Source: Candidatus Latescibacterota bacterium
GTDB lineage: Bacteria > Latescibacterota > UBA2968
Assembly: GCA_965116885.1 (NCBI GenBank)
Contig: OZ220741.1
Coordinates: 832,001 to 896,000, forward strand
Direction of reading: 5' to 3'
DNA: 64,000 nucleotides
Position numbers and translations under genes: made by a program. The notes under the pieces were generated by a model that saw nothing but the letters and a program-made list of their open reading frames with translations, did no database searches and had not been told where the DNA came from. Of the stretch, positions 10,045-19,927 are shown piece by piece (position 1 is the stretch's first letter; each line of letters begins with the position of its first letter).

Positions 10045-10977
10045 ATGTCTGCCCGTTCAACAAAAATCTCGTATCTCTGCTTTCTCCTCCTCTTCTCTTT
10101 TTCCGCAGCAAACGCGACAGAATGGCACAGATTTGAACGCGATGACCTCGCCTTATACCTCGCGCATAACGATACGGTTCGGGCACAGACATTCTTGAAC
10201 GCGCTCCTGATTGGGCGCAATGAAATCCGGCGCAAACTGGGCGGCACGCCCGCAATTCCCATAGCGGTTTATCTCGCACCGAACGAAGCTATTTTTCGAG
10301 AATTGACACACGGGCGCTTGCCGCATTGGAGCGCAGGAGTTGCATTTCTCGAATCGCGCACCATTGTTCTACAAGCCAGCGCCGACAACTTGCTACAGGT
10401 TGCGCGGCACGAATTTGCCCATATATTTTTGCATGCCATTGCACCATCGCGCGTGCCCGTCTGGTTTCACGAAGGCGTGGCAATGTGGGCATCGCACGAG
10501 TGGCGCTTGCGACAAAGCGCGGCTGTTTTTTACGCGGTCTTTTCGGAAAATTTAATCCCGCTCTCCGAAATCGATGAAGTCCTTTCTTTCCCGTCGGCAA
10601 AAGCCGACCTGGCCTACACGGAAAGTTTGCTGGCAGTCTCGTTTTTGATCCGTTTGGGCGGTCCCAATGCCGTGGTCGTCATGCTCTCCGAACTGGAAGC
10701 AGACGCACCCTTTGAAGTCGCATTATTTCGCGTAACTGGCGAAACGCCCCGCGAATTTGAACGGCGATGGCGCGATGATGTACAGGCGCGATTCAGTCTG
10801 ATGACACTACTCTTTTCACCCGATTTGATCTGGCTGTATCTCACCTTGCTCTTGCTGCTCGCCTATATATGCGTGAGACTGCGGAATCGCGCGACCTTGC
10901 GGCGGTGGGAAGCCGAAGACGCAGCCGAGGAATTGACCTTACAATTGCGCGTATATCGCCGAGAGGACGAGCAGTGA
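10045..10977 (+). CDS. Peptidase MA-like zinc metallopeptidase, secreted and C-terminally anchored
   Basis: Signal peptide, HEFAH (HExxH), PVWFHEGVA, LAYTES, C-terminal TM. Confidence 0.8.
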   Translation: MSARSTKISYLCFLLLFSFSAANATEWHRFERDDLALYLAHNDTVRAQTFLNALLIGRNEIRRKLGGTPAIPIAVYLAPNEAIFRELTHGRLPHWSAGVAFLESRTIVLQASADNLLQVARHEFAHIFLHAIAPSRVPVWFHEGVAMWASHEWRLRQSAAVFYAVFSENLIPLSEIDEVLSFPSAKADLAYTESLLAVSFLIRLGGPNAVVVMLSELEADAPFEVALFRVTGETPREFERRWRDDVQARFSLMTLLFSPDLIWLYLTLLLLLAYICVRLRNRATLRRWEAEDAAEELTLQLRVYRREDEQ

Positions 10978-11576
10978 TCATAGGCGTAACAGGAGGCATT
11001 GGCGCGGGAAAAAGCACCGTATGCGCAGTATTTAAAAAAGCTGGCGCGCGCGTAATCGACGCCGATGCAACAGGTCACGAAGTACTCCGCGATCCAATTG
11101 TAATTCGCAACCTGACCAACGTGTTCGGACGAGAGATTCTGGATTCCGACGGACAAATCGCACGCCGGAAATTGGGCAAACGGGCCTTCGCCTCTGACAA
11201 AAACCGCGAAAAACTCAACGCCATCGTATGGCAACCACTTCGGCAGTTGTTGCTGGACAAAATTCACGCGGCTCTGGACAGAGAACCCACACGCCCCGTA
11301 GTCGTGGATGCGGCCCTGCTGGTCGAGCGCGGCGATCCAAAAAAAATCGTCGATGTACTCGTAGTAGTAACAGCCCCCGAAGCCTTGCGGATTCAGCGCA
11401 CAATGGCGCGATTGGGCATCTCCAAAGCCGAAGTTGTGGCGCGACTATCCGCACAGTTGCCCGAAGAAGACAAAGTCGCGGTCGCGGATTTTGTCGTAGT
11501 CAATGACAAAACACCCGCCGTGTGTCGCCAGCGCGCGCGGGCTATCTGGAACAAATTGCAATGTGAGGAACAATGA
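10974..11576 (+). CDS. coaE: Dephospho-CoA kinase
   Basis: GVTGGIGAGKST, VIDAD; GTG 10974 overlaps the upstream stop. Confidence 0.93.
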   Translation: MIIGVTGGIGAGKSTVCAVFKKAGARVIDADATGHEVLRDPIVIRNLTNVFGREILDSDGQIARRKLGKRAFASDKNREKLNAIVWQPLRQLLLDKIHAALDREPTRPVVVDAALLVERGDPKKIVDVLVVVTAPEALRIQRTMARLGISKAEVVARLSAQLPEEDKVAVADFVVVNDKTPAVCRQRARAIWNKLQCEEQ

Positions 11577-12904
11577 ATTACACGCCGCATACAGAACGCG
11601 ATATTCAGCACATGCTCAATGTGATCGGAGTAGCATCCACAGATGATCTGTTTGCACCCGTTCCCGAATCGCTCCGTCTGAACGCGCTCAATTTGCCCCC
11701 TGGAATCAGTGAAATGGAGGCGACGGCTTTTGCACAAACCCTGACCGATCAAGGGCGCGAGACAACCCTATCATTTTTGGGGGGAGGTGCTTACGATCAC
11801 TTTTCGCCCAGCGTGGTCGATGCCATCATTTCGCGAGGTGAATTTTTTACAGCCTATACGCCCTATCAGCCCGAGGTGAGCCAGGGAACCCTCCGGGCTA
11901 TTTTTGAATTTCAATCCATGATTTGTGAACTGACCAACATGGAAGTCGCCAATGCGTCCATGTACGACGGCGCTTCTGCACTGGCCGAAGCCGTACTTAT
12001 GTCAGTCCGTCTGAACAACCGTACACGCGTCTTATTGCCGCGCAGCCTGCACCCGTTTTACCGCCAGGTGGTAGCGACCTATGTGCGGGGTATAGATCTC
12101 GAACTCGTGGATATTCCCTGGTCCGACTCCGGCACACTGGATATCGCCGCTTTGAAGCGCGAATTAAACGACAACACCGCCGCCGTAGTCGTACAAAATC
12201 CAAATTTTTTGGGCGTGCTCGAATCCTTAGACGAAATTGGCGACCTGATCAACAATACCAGAACAGCTTTTATAGCCTGCGTCAACCCCATATCCCTGAG
12301 CGCAATTCGTCCACCGGGCGACTTCGGCGCCGATATAGTCGTAGGCGATGGGCAGCCACTGGGCTTGCCCTTGTCTTACGGCGGACCTTATGTCGGCTTT
12401 TTTGCATCGCGGGAAGCACACATGCGAAAAATGCCCGGTCGCATCTGCGGCCAGACCACAGATGTAGATGGCAAACGCGGCTTTGTACTGACATTGCAAA
12501 CCCGCGAGCAACACATCCGACGCGAACGCGCCACATCGAACATCTGCACCAACCAGACCCTTTGCGCAACCGCAGCAACCGTGTACCTATCCTCGGTCGG
12601 ACCGCAGGGCTTCCGCGAAGTTGGCGAATTGAACTGGCATCAAAGCCATCGCGCATTGCAGGCATTGACCGCATTAGACAGTGTGCGCCAAAAATTCTCC
12701 GGTCCAGTATTTAACGAATTTGTTCTGGAAACAGACCGCAAAGCATCCGATGTTCTAACAGCTTTGCAACATCAGGGCATCGAAGCCGGCATAGACCTGA
12801 GCCAATTTTATCCCGAACTCGAAAATTGTATTCTCACATGTATCACAGAAAAACGCACAGACGCCGACATTGATCGCCTGATCGATGCATGGAGGACATT
12901 GTAA
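11573..12904 (+). CDS. gcvPA: Glycine dehydrogenase (decarboxylating) subunit 1
   Basis: TAYTPYQPEVSQG, NASMYDGASA, TREQHIRRERATSNICTNQ. Confidence 0.97.
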   Translation: MNYTPHTERDIQHMLNVIGVASTDDLFAPVPESLRLNALNLPPGISEMEATAFAQTLTDQGRETTLSFLGGGAYDHFSPSVVDAIISRGEFFTAYTPYQPEVSQGTLRAIFEFQSMICELTNMEVANASMYDGASALAEAVLMSVRLNNRTRVLLPRSLHPFYRQVVATYVRGIDLELVDIPWSDSGTLDIAALKRELNDNTAAVVVQNPNFLGVLESLDEIGDLINNTRTAFIACVNPISLSAIRPPGDFGADIVVGDGQPLGLPLSYGGPYVGFFASREAHMRKMPGRICGQTTDVDGKRGFVLTLQTREQHIRRERATSNICTNQTLCATAATVYLSSVGPQGFREVGELNWHQSHRALQALTALDSVRQKFSGPVFNEFVLETDRKASDVLTALQHQGIEAGIDLSQFYPELENCILTCITEKRTDADIDRLIDAWRTL

Positions 12905-14343
12905 TGGATCGCGATAAGTTGATTTTTGAACGCGGCGCGCCAGACCGTCGCTGTGTCGCATTTCCCGCGGCCGTGGATTCCGGAACAGCAATACCCGAAA
13001 CCATGCGCCGCGACATCCCACCCGGTCTCCCCGAAGTAAGCGAACTGGAACTCGTGCGCCACTACACCGCGCTCTCGCAGATGAACTTCAGCATCGACAC
13101 GCACTTTTATCCCCTGGGATCCTGTACCATGAAATACAATCCCAGAGTACACGAAAAAGCTGCGCGCATCCCACAGATCGCGGGATTGCATCCCCTATCG
13201 GAAAATGCCCAACCCGCCCTGCAAATCTTATGGGAAATGGAACAAGTGCTCAAAGCCGTCAGCGGAATGGATGGATTCACCTTTCAACCCACAGCCGGAG
13301 CGCAGGGCGAATTTGTGGGCATCTCACTGATCGCCGCCTATCACAGAGCACAGGGCAACGCGAAAAAAGTAGTCCTTATCCCCGACTCTGCCCACGGCAC
13401 AAACCCGGCAACCGCGGCAATCTGTGGATACGCAGTACAGGCAATTAAATCAACAGAACGCGGCACAGTCGATGTAGAAGATCTCAAAACGCACTTGACC
13501 GAAGACGTAGCCGGATTGATGTTGACCAACCCCAACACATTTGGCGTATTTGAAGACGAAATTGAAGACATCGCCGCGTTAGTACACGACGCGGGTGGCC
13601 TCTTGTATTACGACGGCGCGAACCTGAATGCCTTTCTGGGTCAATGCCGCCCTGGCGACATGGGCTTTGACGTCGTACACATCAACCTGCACAAAACATT
13701 TACCACGCCCCACGGAGGCGGGGGACCCGGCTCTGGTCCAGTAGGCGTAACAAAAGCCCTCTTGCCATTCTTGCCCCTGCCCGTAGTCCTGAAAGAAGGG
13801 GATACATTCAAACTCGACTTTGACCGCCCGGAATCCATCGGCAAAGTGAGTTCATTCTACGGCAATTTTGGCATGGTAATACGCGCTCTAATCTATGCCA
13901 AAATGCTCGGTGCTGAAGGCATGCGCCGCACCAGTGAAATGGCGGTCTTGAATGCCAATTATATCGCGGCAAAACTCGACCCCCACTACGACCGCCCCAA
14001 AAATGCACAACCCATGCACGAAATGGTATTCTCGGCATCGCGACAAAAAAAGGCGAACGGAATCACCGCAACCGACATCGCCAAACGGCTGATCGATTAC
14101 GGCGTCCATCCGCCCACGATCTACTTTCCTCTCCCCAATGTCGCGCCCGAAACCATGCTCATCGAACCGACCGAAACCGAAAGCCTCGAACAGGTTGACG
14201 ACTTTATCGAAGCCATGATTCAAATCGCAAAAGAAGCCGAAGAAAATCCCGACCTCCTCAAAGAAGCCCCCCACGCAACACCCGTGCGAAGACTGGACGA
14301 AGCAACCGCCGCGCGAAAGCCCATCCTGCGCTGGAAATTGTAA
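12904..14343 (+). CDS. gcvPB: Glycine dehydrogenase (decarboxylating) subunit 2
   Basis: YPLGSCTMKYNP, SAHGTNPATA, HINLHKTFTTPHGGGGPG (PLP lysine), IEPTETES. Confidence 0.97.
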   Translation: MDRDKLIFERGAPDRRCVAFPAAVDSGTAIPETMRRDIPPGLPEVSELELVRHYTALSQMNFSIDTHFYPLGSCTMKYNPRVHEKAARIPQIAGLHPLSENAQPALQILWEMEQVLKAVSGMDGFTFQPTAGAQGEFVGISLIAAYHRAQGNAKKVVLIPDSAHGTNPATAAICGYAVQAIKSTERGTVDVEDLKTHLTEDVAGLMLTNPNTFGVFEDEIEDIAALVHDAGGLLYYDGANLNAFLGQCRPGDMGFDVVHINLHKTFTTPHGGGGPGSGPVGVTKALLPFLPLPVVLKEGDTFKLDFDRPESIGKVSSFYGNFGMVIRALIYAKMLGAEGMRRTSEMAVLNANYIAAKLDPHYDRPKNAQPMHEMVFSASRQKKANGITATDIAKRLIDYGVHPPTIYFPLPNVAPETMLIEPTETESLEQVDDFIEAMIQIAKEAEENPDLLKEAPHATPVRRLDEATAARKPILRWKL

Positions 14344-14371
14344 AACACCACACCAAAAGGCAGGTGCTATC

Positions 14372-15190
14372 ATGTCCTTCCAATTCACAGAAAAACACAT
14401 CGCCGATTACCATACCCTCGGCTACACCATTTTCCAGGACATCATACCCACATCCTTACTCACAGACCTGCGCAACGTCACCGACAACGCCAGAGAAATA
14501 GCGCGCAAAGTCACCGGCCCACAGGCACAGCGCCTCCAGCCCATCGCCAAATACGACCTCGACCAGCGCCCCTTCAAAAACTACGGTGAATTGCCAGAAC
14601 TCAACGACGCCATCCATCGGGTCCTCACCCCGCATCACTACCACGCCGACCTCGACCGCACCGGCATCCTCCTCGAACCCGCCGAATACCCCTGGTGTAC
14701 GGACTGGCACCGCGACTGGCGCGATCACATGCCCCGGGAAGTATTCGAATCCGAATTTCGCGAAGAATGGCAATGGCAATCCTTCCACATCGACTACCAG
14801 AACCAGATCAACTGCGCCCTGTACGAAGACCCCGCCACCTGGATCGTACCCGGCAGCCACTATCGCCAGCGCAACCTCCCCGGCGAAATCGCCGCCAAAA
14901 ACGCCTATGATCGCGACAAATTCCGCAACCAGAAACCCGTATCCAACGAACAACAAGAACGCGACTGCCTCGACTACACGCGCAACATGCCCGGTGCTAT
15001 TCAACTGCGCCTCAACGCGGGCGACTTCGCCCTCTACCGCTCCAGTGCCTGGCACCTTGGCAATTACGTCCCCTACCGCAAACGCGCCACCATCCACGAC
15101 TTCTGCGGCACACCTGAATATTCCCAACACATTAACGACCGCGTTGAAAGAAAAGAAACCGCCATCAAACGCCTTGCATCTGCGACATAA
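14372..15190 (+). CDS. Phytanoyl-CoA dioxygenase (PhyH)-family Fe(II)/2OG oxygenase
   Basis: Y..LGY N-terminus, WHRD, VPGSH, AGD...WH. Confidence 0.8.
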   Translation: MSFQFTEKHIADYHTLGYTIFQDIIPTSLLTDLRNVTDNAREIARKVTGPQAQRLQPIAKYDLDQRPFKNYGELPELNDAIHRVLTPHHYHADLDRTGILLEPAEYPWCTDWHRDWRDHMPREVFESEFREEWQWQSFHIDYQNQINCALYEDPATWIVPGSHYRQRNLPGEIAAKNAYDRDKFRNQKPVSNEQQERDCLDYTRNMPGAIQLRLNAGDFALYRSSAWHLGNYVPYRKRATIHDFCGTPEYSQHINDRVERKETAIKRLASAT

Positions 15191-15343
15191 ACCGTCATGC
15201 ACATAACTATTGTCTCTGAATTTTTCTATTCGTAAATTGAGCACTACTGCGATAACAGTTCATCGGGACTTGTCCCGCCTTTGGGTGGCGGGGCAGGGTT
15301 CGTCTATTCGTTGATTCGTCTATTCGCATTAAGGAGCCACGCT

Positions 15344-16114
15344 ATGCAACTCACACCCGAACAAATCCGCGAATTTTACGACCGCGGCTACGTCAAAATA
15401 CCCGGAGCCATATCAAAAGCCATGGTCGATACCGCGCGTCAGGCCGTCAACCACTCCATCGGCACTCTGGGGCCAAATGGCGAAGACATGTCCAAACATC
15501 GCGCAGCGCAATTCTGTCGCGACTTGAATGGCGCCCCGGTTATCATGGACCTGTTCAACGCCAGCCCGGTCATCTCCCTCGCCGAATCCCTCATGGGTGA
15601 AGGCAACCTGCAAAAACCCATCAGAGGCGCGCAAGTCGCCCCGCGCTTTCCCACAGTAATCGGCGAAGTCCCACCCGAACCCCGCGGCCATCTCGACGGC
15701 ATGGGCACAGGCACAAACGGCATGCCAAAAGGCGTGTACCGCCGCGGATTCACGGCCTTCGCCGTCATCTATCTCGCCGACGTACCCGAACCCTACAGCG
15801 GCAACTTCACCGTCTGGCCAGGCTCTCATCGCTTCTTCGAAAACTACCTCAAACGCGAGGGCCTCGAAACACTCTCCAACGGCACCCCGCGCGTTGACCT
15901 GCCCGAAGGACCGGACATGGTCACCGGAAACGCCGGCGACCTCATCATCGCACACCATCAGATGATCCACACTGGTGGCCCCAATGCCTCGCCCAACATA
16001 CGCTACGCCGCCATCGCGCGCCTGCGCCACATCGACTGCGAGAAAAATGGCAACGAGGGCTTCCAGGACATCTGGCGCGAATTTCCCTGCGTGCGCGAAG
16101 CCATACCGGCGTAA
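15344..16114 (+). CDS. PhyH-family dioxygenase
   Basis: LTPEQIREFYDRGY, GHLDG, VWPGSH, AGDLIIAHHQMIH; AAGGAG RBS before ATG 15344. Confidence 0.85.
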   Translation: MQLTPEQIREFYDRGYVKIPGAISKAMVDTARQAVNHSIGTLGPNGEDMSKHRAAQFCRDLNGAPVIMDLFNASPVISLAESLMGEGNLQKPIRGAQVAPRFPTVIGEVPPEPRGHLDGMGTGTNGMPKGVYRRGFTAFAVIYLADVPEPYSGNFTVWPGSHRFFENYLKREGLETLSNGTPRVDLPEGPDMVTGNAGDLIIAHHQMIHTGGPNASPNIRYAAIARLRHIDCEKNGNEGFQDIWREFPCVREAIPA

Positions 16115-16247
16115 AGGGATCCGCAGAAAAAAACGCGAATAATTTGAGCGTTTTTCGCAGATGGACGCAGATAAAAGGCGAGAAGCGATGGAGAATAGAG
16201 TCTGGCGGGTTGAGGGACTGACAACTAACAACTAACAGAGGTTTACT

Positions 16248-17015
16248 ATGTCTATGACCATTACTGACGCGCAAAAACGCCAATTCGCCGAAGAAGGCTA
16301 CCTCAAAATCCCGGGGGCTGTCCCCAAAAACATGATCGAAACGTCACTTCGCGCCGTCAACCATTCCATCGGCAACGTCGGCATTGGCGGCGAAGACCCC
16401 TCCAGACACCGATCGGGATTCTTTTGCGCCGAACTCCTCGACGCACCCTTCATCCTCGACATGTACAACAAAACCCCGGTCATGCAAATCGCCGAATCAC
16501 TCATGGGCAAAGGCAATGTCCTCCCCGTTGAACGCGCCAAAACCTATCCGCGCTTTCCCCTCCCCCTCGGGCAAGAACCATCGCCACCGCGCGGACACAT
16601 CGACGGCATTGGCAGCGGCACCAACGGCACGGCCAAAGGCGATTACAAACGCTCATTCACCGCCTTCGCCGTCGTCTATCTCGTCGATGTCCCCGAACCC
16701 TACAGCGGCAACTTCACCGTCTGGCCCCAATCCCATCGCTTCTTTGCCTCCTACTTCACAGAACACGGCCACGAAGTACTCGCCAACGGCATGCCCCGGC
16801 CCAACCTGCCCAAAGACCCCATCATGATCACCGGCAACGCGGGCGACCTCATCATCGCGCATCATCAAGTCGTCCACGGAGCCTGTCTCAACGCATCGCC
16901 CAACGTGCGCCTCGCCACCATCACCCGCCTCAAACACAAAGACACCGACGAAATCGGCAAAGACGCGTACACAGACATCTGGCGCGAATGGTCAGGTGTC
17001 CGCGAGGTCCTGTAA
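16248..17015 (+). CDS. PhyH-family dioxygenase, close paralogue of the preceding gene
   Basis: QFAEEGY, GHIDG, VWPQSH, AGDLIIAHHQVVH. Confidence 0.85.
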   Translation: MSMTITDAQKRQFAEEGYLKIPGAVPKNMIETSLRAVNHSIGNVGIGGEDPSRHRSGFFCAELLDAPFILDMYNKTPVMQIAESLMGKGNVLPVERAKTYPRFPLPLGQEPSPPRGHIDGIGSGTNGTAKGDYKRSFTAFAVVYLVDVPEPYSGNFTVWPQSHRFFASYFTEHGHEVLANGMPRPNLPKDPIMITGNAGDLIIAHHQVVHGACLNASPNVRLATITRLKHKDTDEIGKDAYTDIWREWSGVREVL

Positions 17016-17027
17016 ATCAGGTTGACC

Positions 17028-17804
17028 ATGACCATCACCGAAGCGCAAAAACAACAATACAAAGACGAAGGCTATTTCATTCTCGAATCCGTCATACCCG
17101 AGCACCACCTCGAACTCCTGCGCGATGAATGCCAGACCTTCATCGACACCATGCACGCGCGCATGGACGAGCAGGGTACAGACACCATCGGCATCAACCA
17201 CCGCAACAAACGCTACTTTGTCTCCAACTGCTTTCGCCAGCAACCCAAACTCCGCGCCTTCCTCTTCAGCGACCTCATGGCCGAAATATGCCGAGCCACC
17301 CTCGGCGAAAACGCATACCTCTTCTGGGAACAATACGTCGTCAAAGGCGCGGAAACCGGCATGAAATTCTCCTGGCATCAGGACTCGGGCTACGTCGGTT
17401 ATCCCGACCACAAACCGTACCTCACCTGCTGGTGCGCGCTCGACGACATGAGCGAAGAAAACGGCACCGTCCATCTCCTGCCCTATTCCCGCAGTGGCAT
17501 TCGCTCGTGGGTACACCACATCGTCGAAGAAGGCAGCAACGACAAAGTCGGCTACTTTGGCAAAGACCCCGGCCTCATTGCAGAAGTTCCCGCAGGCAGC
17601 ATTGTCGCCTTCTCCAGTATCGTCTTCCACAGCAGCAGCACCAACACCACCCCAAAACTGCGCCGCGCTTACCTGGGTCAATACTCCTGCGAACCCATCC
17701 TATCCCCCGACGGCAGCAAACTCTGGGGCAACGCCGAACCCTTCCTCCGCAATGGCAAGTCCACAGTCGGCGAACCCCCACCCGACCTGCCATCGAGATT
17801 GTAA
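17028..17804 (+). CDS. PhyH-family dioxygenase
   Basis: QQYKDEGY, WHQD, WCALDD..EENG, FHSSSTNTT..RR. Confidence 0.9.
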   Translation: MTITEAQKQQYKDEGYFILESVIPEHHLELLRDECQTFIDTMHARMDEQGTDTIGINHRNKRYFVSNCFRQQPKLRAFLFSDLMAEICRATLGENAYLFWEQYVVKGAETGMKFSWHQDSGYVGYPDHKPYLTCWCALDDMSEENGTVHLLPYSRSGIRSWVHHIVEEGSNDKVGYFGKDPGLIAEVPAGSIVAFSSIVFHSSSTNTTPKLRRAYLGQYSCEPILSPDGSKLWGNAEPFLRNGKSTVGEPPPDLPSRL

Positions 17805-17805
17805 A

Positions 17806-19155
17806 CTAAAACTCCCGCCACCAGTACGGATTGGACAACTCCCCCGGATAATTGGAATGCACCAATTCGTAAACCCCCGTACCCCGCCGATCTCTAAACA
17901 CAAATTCGTAGCGCCGCGCGATCTCGTAAAACCACACCTCCGAAGGCTTCTGACCCGCAGCAGAAGTCCGATAATCAATATCATCGGGCGGCCCATATTG
18001 AATATAAACCCGTCCACGGTCCGTATCCGACCCCCTTACGCCAGCCCCAAAATGCGTCTCCACATAATGCATACGCATCAAATGCTGTAACAGACGCTCA
18101 TTAGTCGGCGTATCCGGCGCGTCGTCCAACTGCTTCCAGAAAACCTTCAAAAACGCCAGCCTCGCGGGCCAACTCTCCAGCGCGTCATAAGTCCGCCGCG
18201 TCTTCTCATCGGCGACATACCGGATATCTGCATAATACCCGATCAAATCCCTCTGTACCTGCGTAAGCCCCTCGGGCAAATCTTTTGACACCAGAAAAAT
18301 GGGACGTCTCGTCTTAAAATACTGCCGACTGCTCCCATCAAACGCCTCCACCTGAAGATCATAAGTCCCCTCCCGCAAACCCTCTGTATCCAGAACCTCT
18401 GCCCTCACACAACTCTCCCCCGGCTTTAAGAACCGCTTAGCGGGATAAGTACGCACAACCACCCCCTCCGCATCGATCAGACGGTACCCCATAATAAAAC
18501 TCTCTCCCGACGACGACAAATTATACACCTCAAAATAAATCTGCAGCGGCTCTCCGATAACATAATTTCGGGTAATATTCGGCACGACCTTCCAGCCCTG
18601 CTTGACAAACCGATGCACTTCCCCGCTTCGCGCCACATGAGAAGCCAATTGCAAATCGCTGAACACCAGCCCCACACGACGCTCGTAATCCGGTATCTGA
18701 AGCGGCGCAGTACAACGTCCACTCGCCTCCGCATGGATATCCTTAATCTGCACAATCAGCCGATAAACACCCGGCTTCAAATCAAAAAAAACAGCATCCT
18801 TAAACGGCGCTCCGATCCCCACATCCAGCTCCGGTACAGCAACCTGCTGTACCCATGTCCGATGAGCCACCCGATTATCCAGCGTATCCAGCACCACAGC
18901 AACCAGAGAAATCTTCCCAACGGACTCACCCCCCTGTTCCCGCAGCTCAAGCTGACTCGCATCCAGCAACAGTGCCACCTCCTGTCGGGTATATCCCTCA
19001 GGACCTCGAAAAGCCGACAAATCCACAAAAAAACGCAGGTTGCCCACACTCTTCAAAGGCAAATCCTGCGTCTCAGTATCATCGCGAACCTGTGCTGGCA
19101 AGTCTGTTATCCAAAAACAAACGAGTATCATCGCGATGCGACTGGTCCATTTCAT
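17806..19155 (-). CDS. GWxTD-domain exported protein
   Basis: Signal peptide; C-terminal FWKQLD..PDT..NE and GSDTDRGRVYIQYGPPD (the motif W is replaced by S). Confidence 0.75.
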   Translation of the reverse strand: MKWTSRIAMILVCFWITDLPAQVRDDTETQDLPLKSVGNLRFFVDLSAFRGPEGYTRQEVALLLDASQLELREQGGESVGKISLVAVVLDTLDNRVAHRTWVQQVAVPELDVGIGAPFKDAVFFDLKPGVYRLIVQIKDIHAEASGRCTAPLQIPDYERRVGLVFSDLQLASHVARSGEVHRFVKQGWKVVPNITRNYVIGEPLQIYFEVYNLSSSGESFIMGYRLIDAEGVVVRTYPAKRFLKPGESCVRAEVLDTEGLREGTYDLQVEAFDGSSRQYFKTRRPIFLVSKDLPEGLTQVQRDLIGYYADIRYVADEKTRRTYDALESWPARLAFLKVFWKQLDDAPDTPTNERLLQHLMRMHYVETHFGAGVRGSDTDRGRVYIQYGPPDDIDYRTSAAGQKPSEVWFYEIARRYEFVFRDRRGTGVYELVHSNYPGELSNPYWWREF

Positions 19156-19198
19156 GGGTTATCCTATCGTTAAAACCCATACATTTCGGGTGCTGGAT

Positions 19199-19806
19199 TT
19201 AGCAATATTGCGCGTGGGGATCCGGTATGCTTTGGAAGCGTTGGCAGTAATCCCATAAAACAAAATCAACCATCCGTTTTTCCATATCGTATTCATTGGC
19301 AAGATACGCAACAAGTTCATCAACTGTAGTTGAGCACGCTTCAGCACAACTTTCAAGCCAAACATCTGGCTTGGCCGTGTCTTGCAAGCCAATGTTCATT
19401 GCGAGGTGATACTTCGTCACATCTCCGATCCAAGGAAGCTCTTGTAGCACATCCATACCACCTCCGCTTACCCTCGATTTGAAACCGTCAAACCCTTCCT
19501 TGGCAATCATTTTGCAGCCTTTGAGGAAGTTATCCGCTTTAAGTTTATTCTGTATGGGAAGGGCGTCTCTCTTGATCGGCTTGAGATCGGCCAGGGCGTC
19601 GAGATCGAAATTTTTGAAGACAACAGTAATCGCCGGGAACTTGGCCTTAACAATCTTATTCCTGAAGCCGCTTGCAAAAACGACCCAACAGTATTTTTCT
19701 AAAAGTCAGTCGCGCTGAGTTTATCAAAGTCGAGAAATGTCCGTGCATTAACATCAACTTTAACGCGAGCAACTTCGAACATTCTTTTAGCTTTTTCCTT
19801 GTCCAT
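19199..19806 (-). pseudogene. Frameshifted Tag/HhH-GPD-like DNA glycosylase homologue (~202 aa if repaired)
   Basis: GAGGAG RBS and ATG 19806 read MDKEKAKRMF...ATDF-stop. One extra T in the T4 run (plus-strand AAAA 19701-19704) joins it to LEKYCWVVFASGFRNKIVKAKF..., which is in frame with the 19199-19510 ORF containing LQELPWIGDVTKYHLAMNIG and KPDVWL. Confidence 0.6.
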
Positions 19807-19927
19807 AACCTGCTTACTCTCCTCAATAGCTAATGCTGTGTGGTGAAATTGTACTCCATTTGTACTCCATAGCGATTGTCTTCACTCCTGCGCCCTGCAA
19901 TTACCTTTTCGCCCAGGCTAGTGTCTT

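Noticed and set aside
14456..17809. Long minus-strand and alternative-frame ORFs over the phyH cluster (e.g. 14456-15244, 15413-16231, 16992-17681)
   Set aside because: Explained by the strong C-ending codon bias of the real genes; no recognisable motifs
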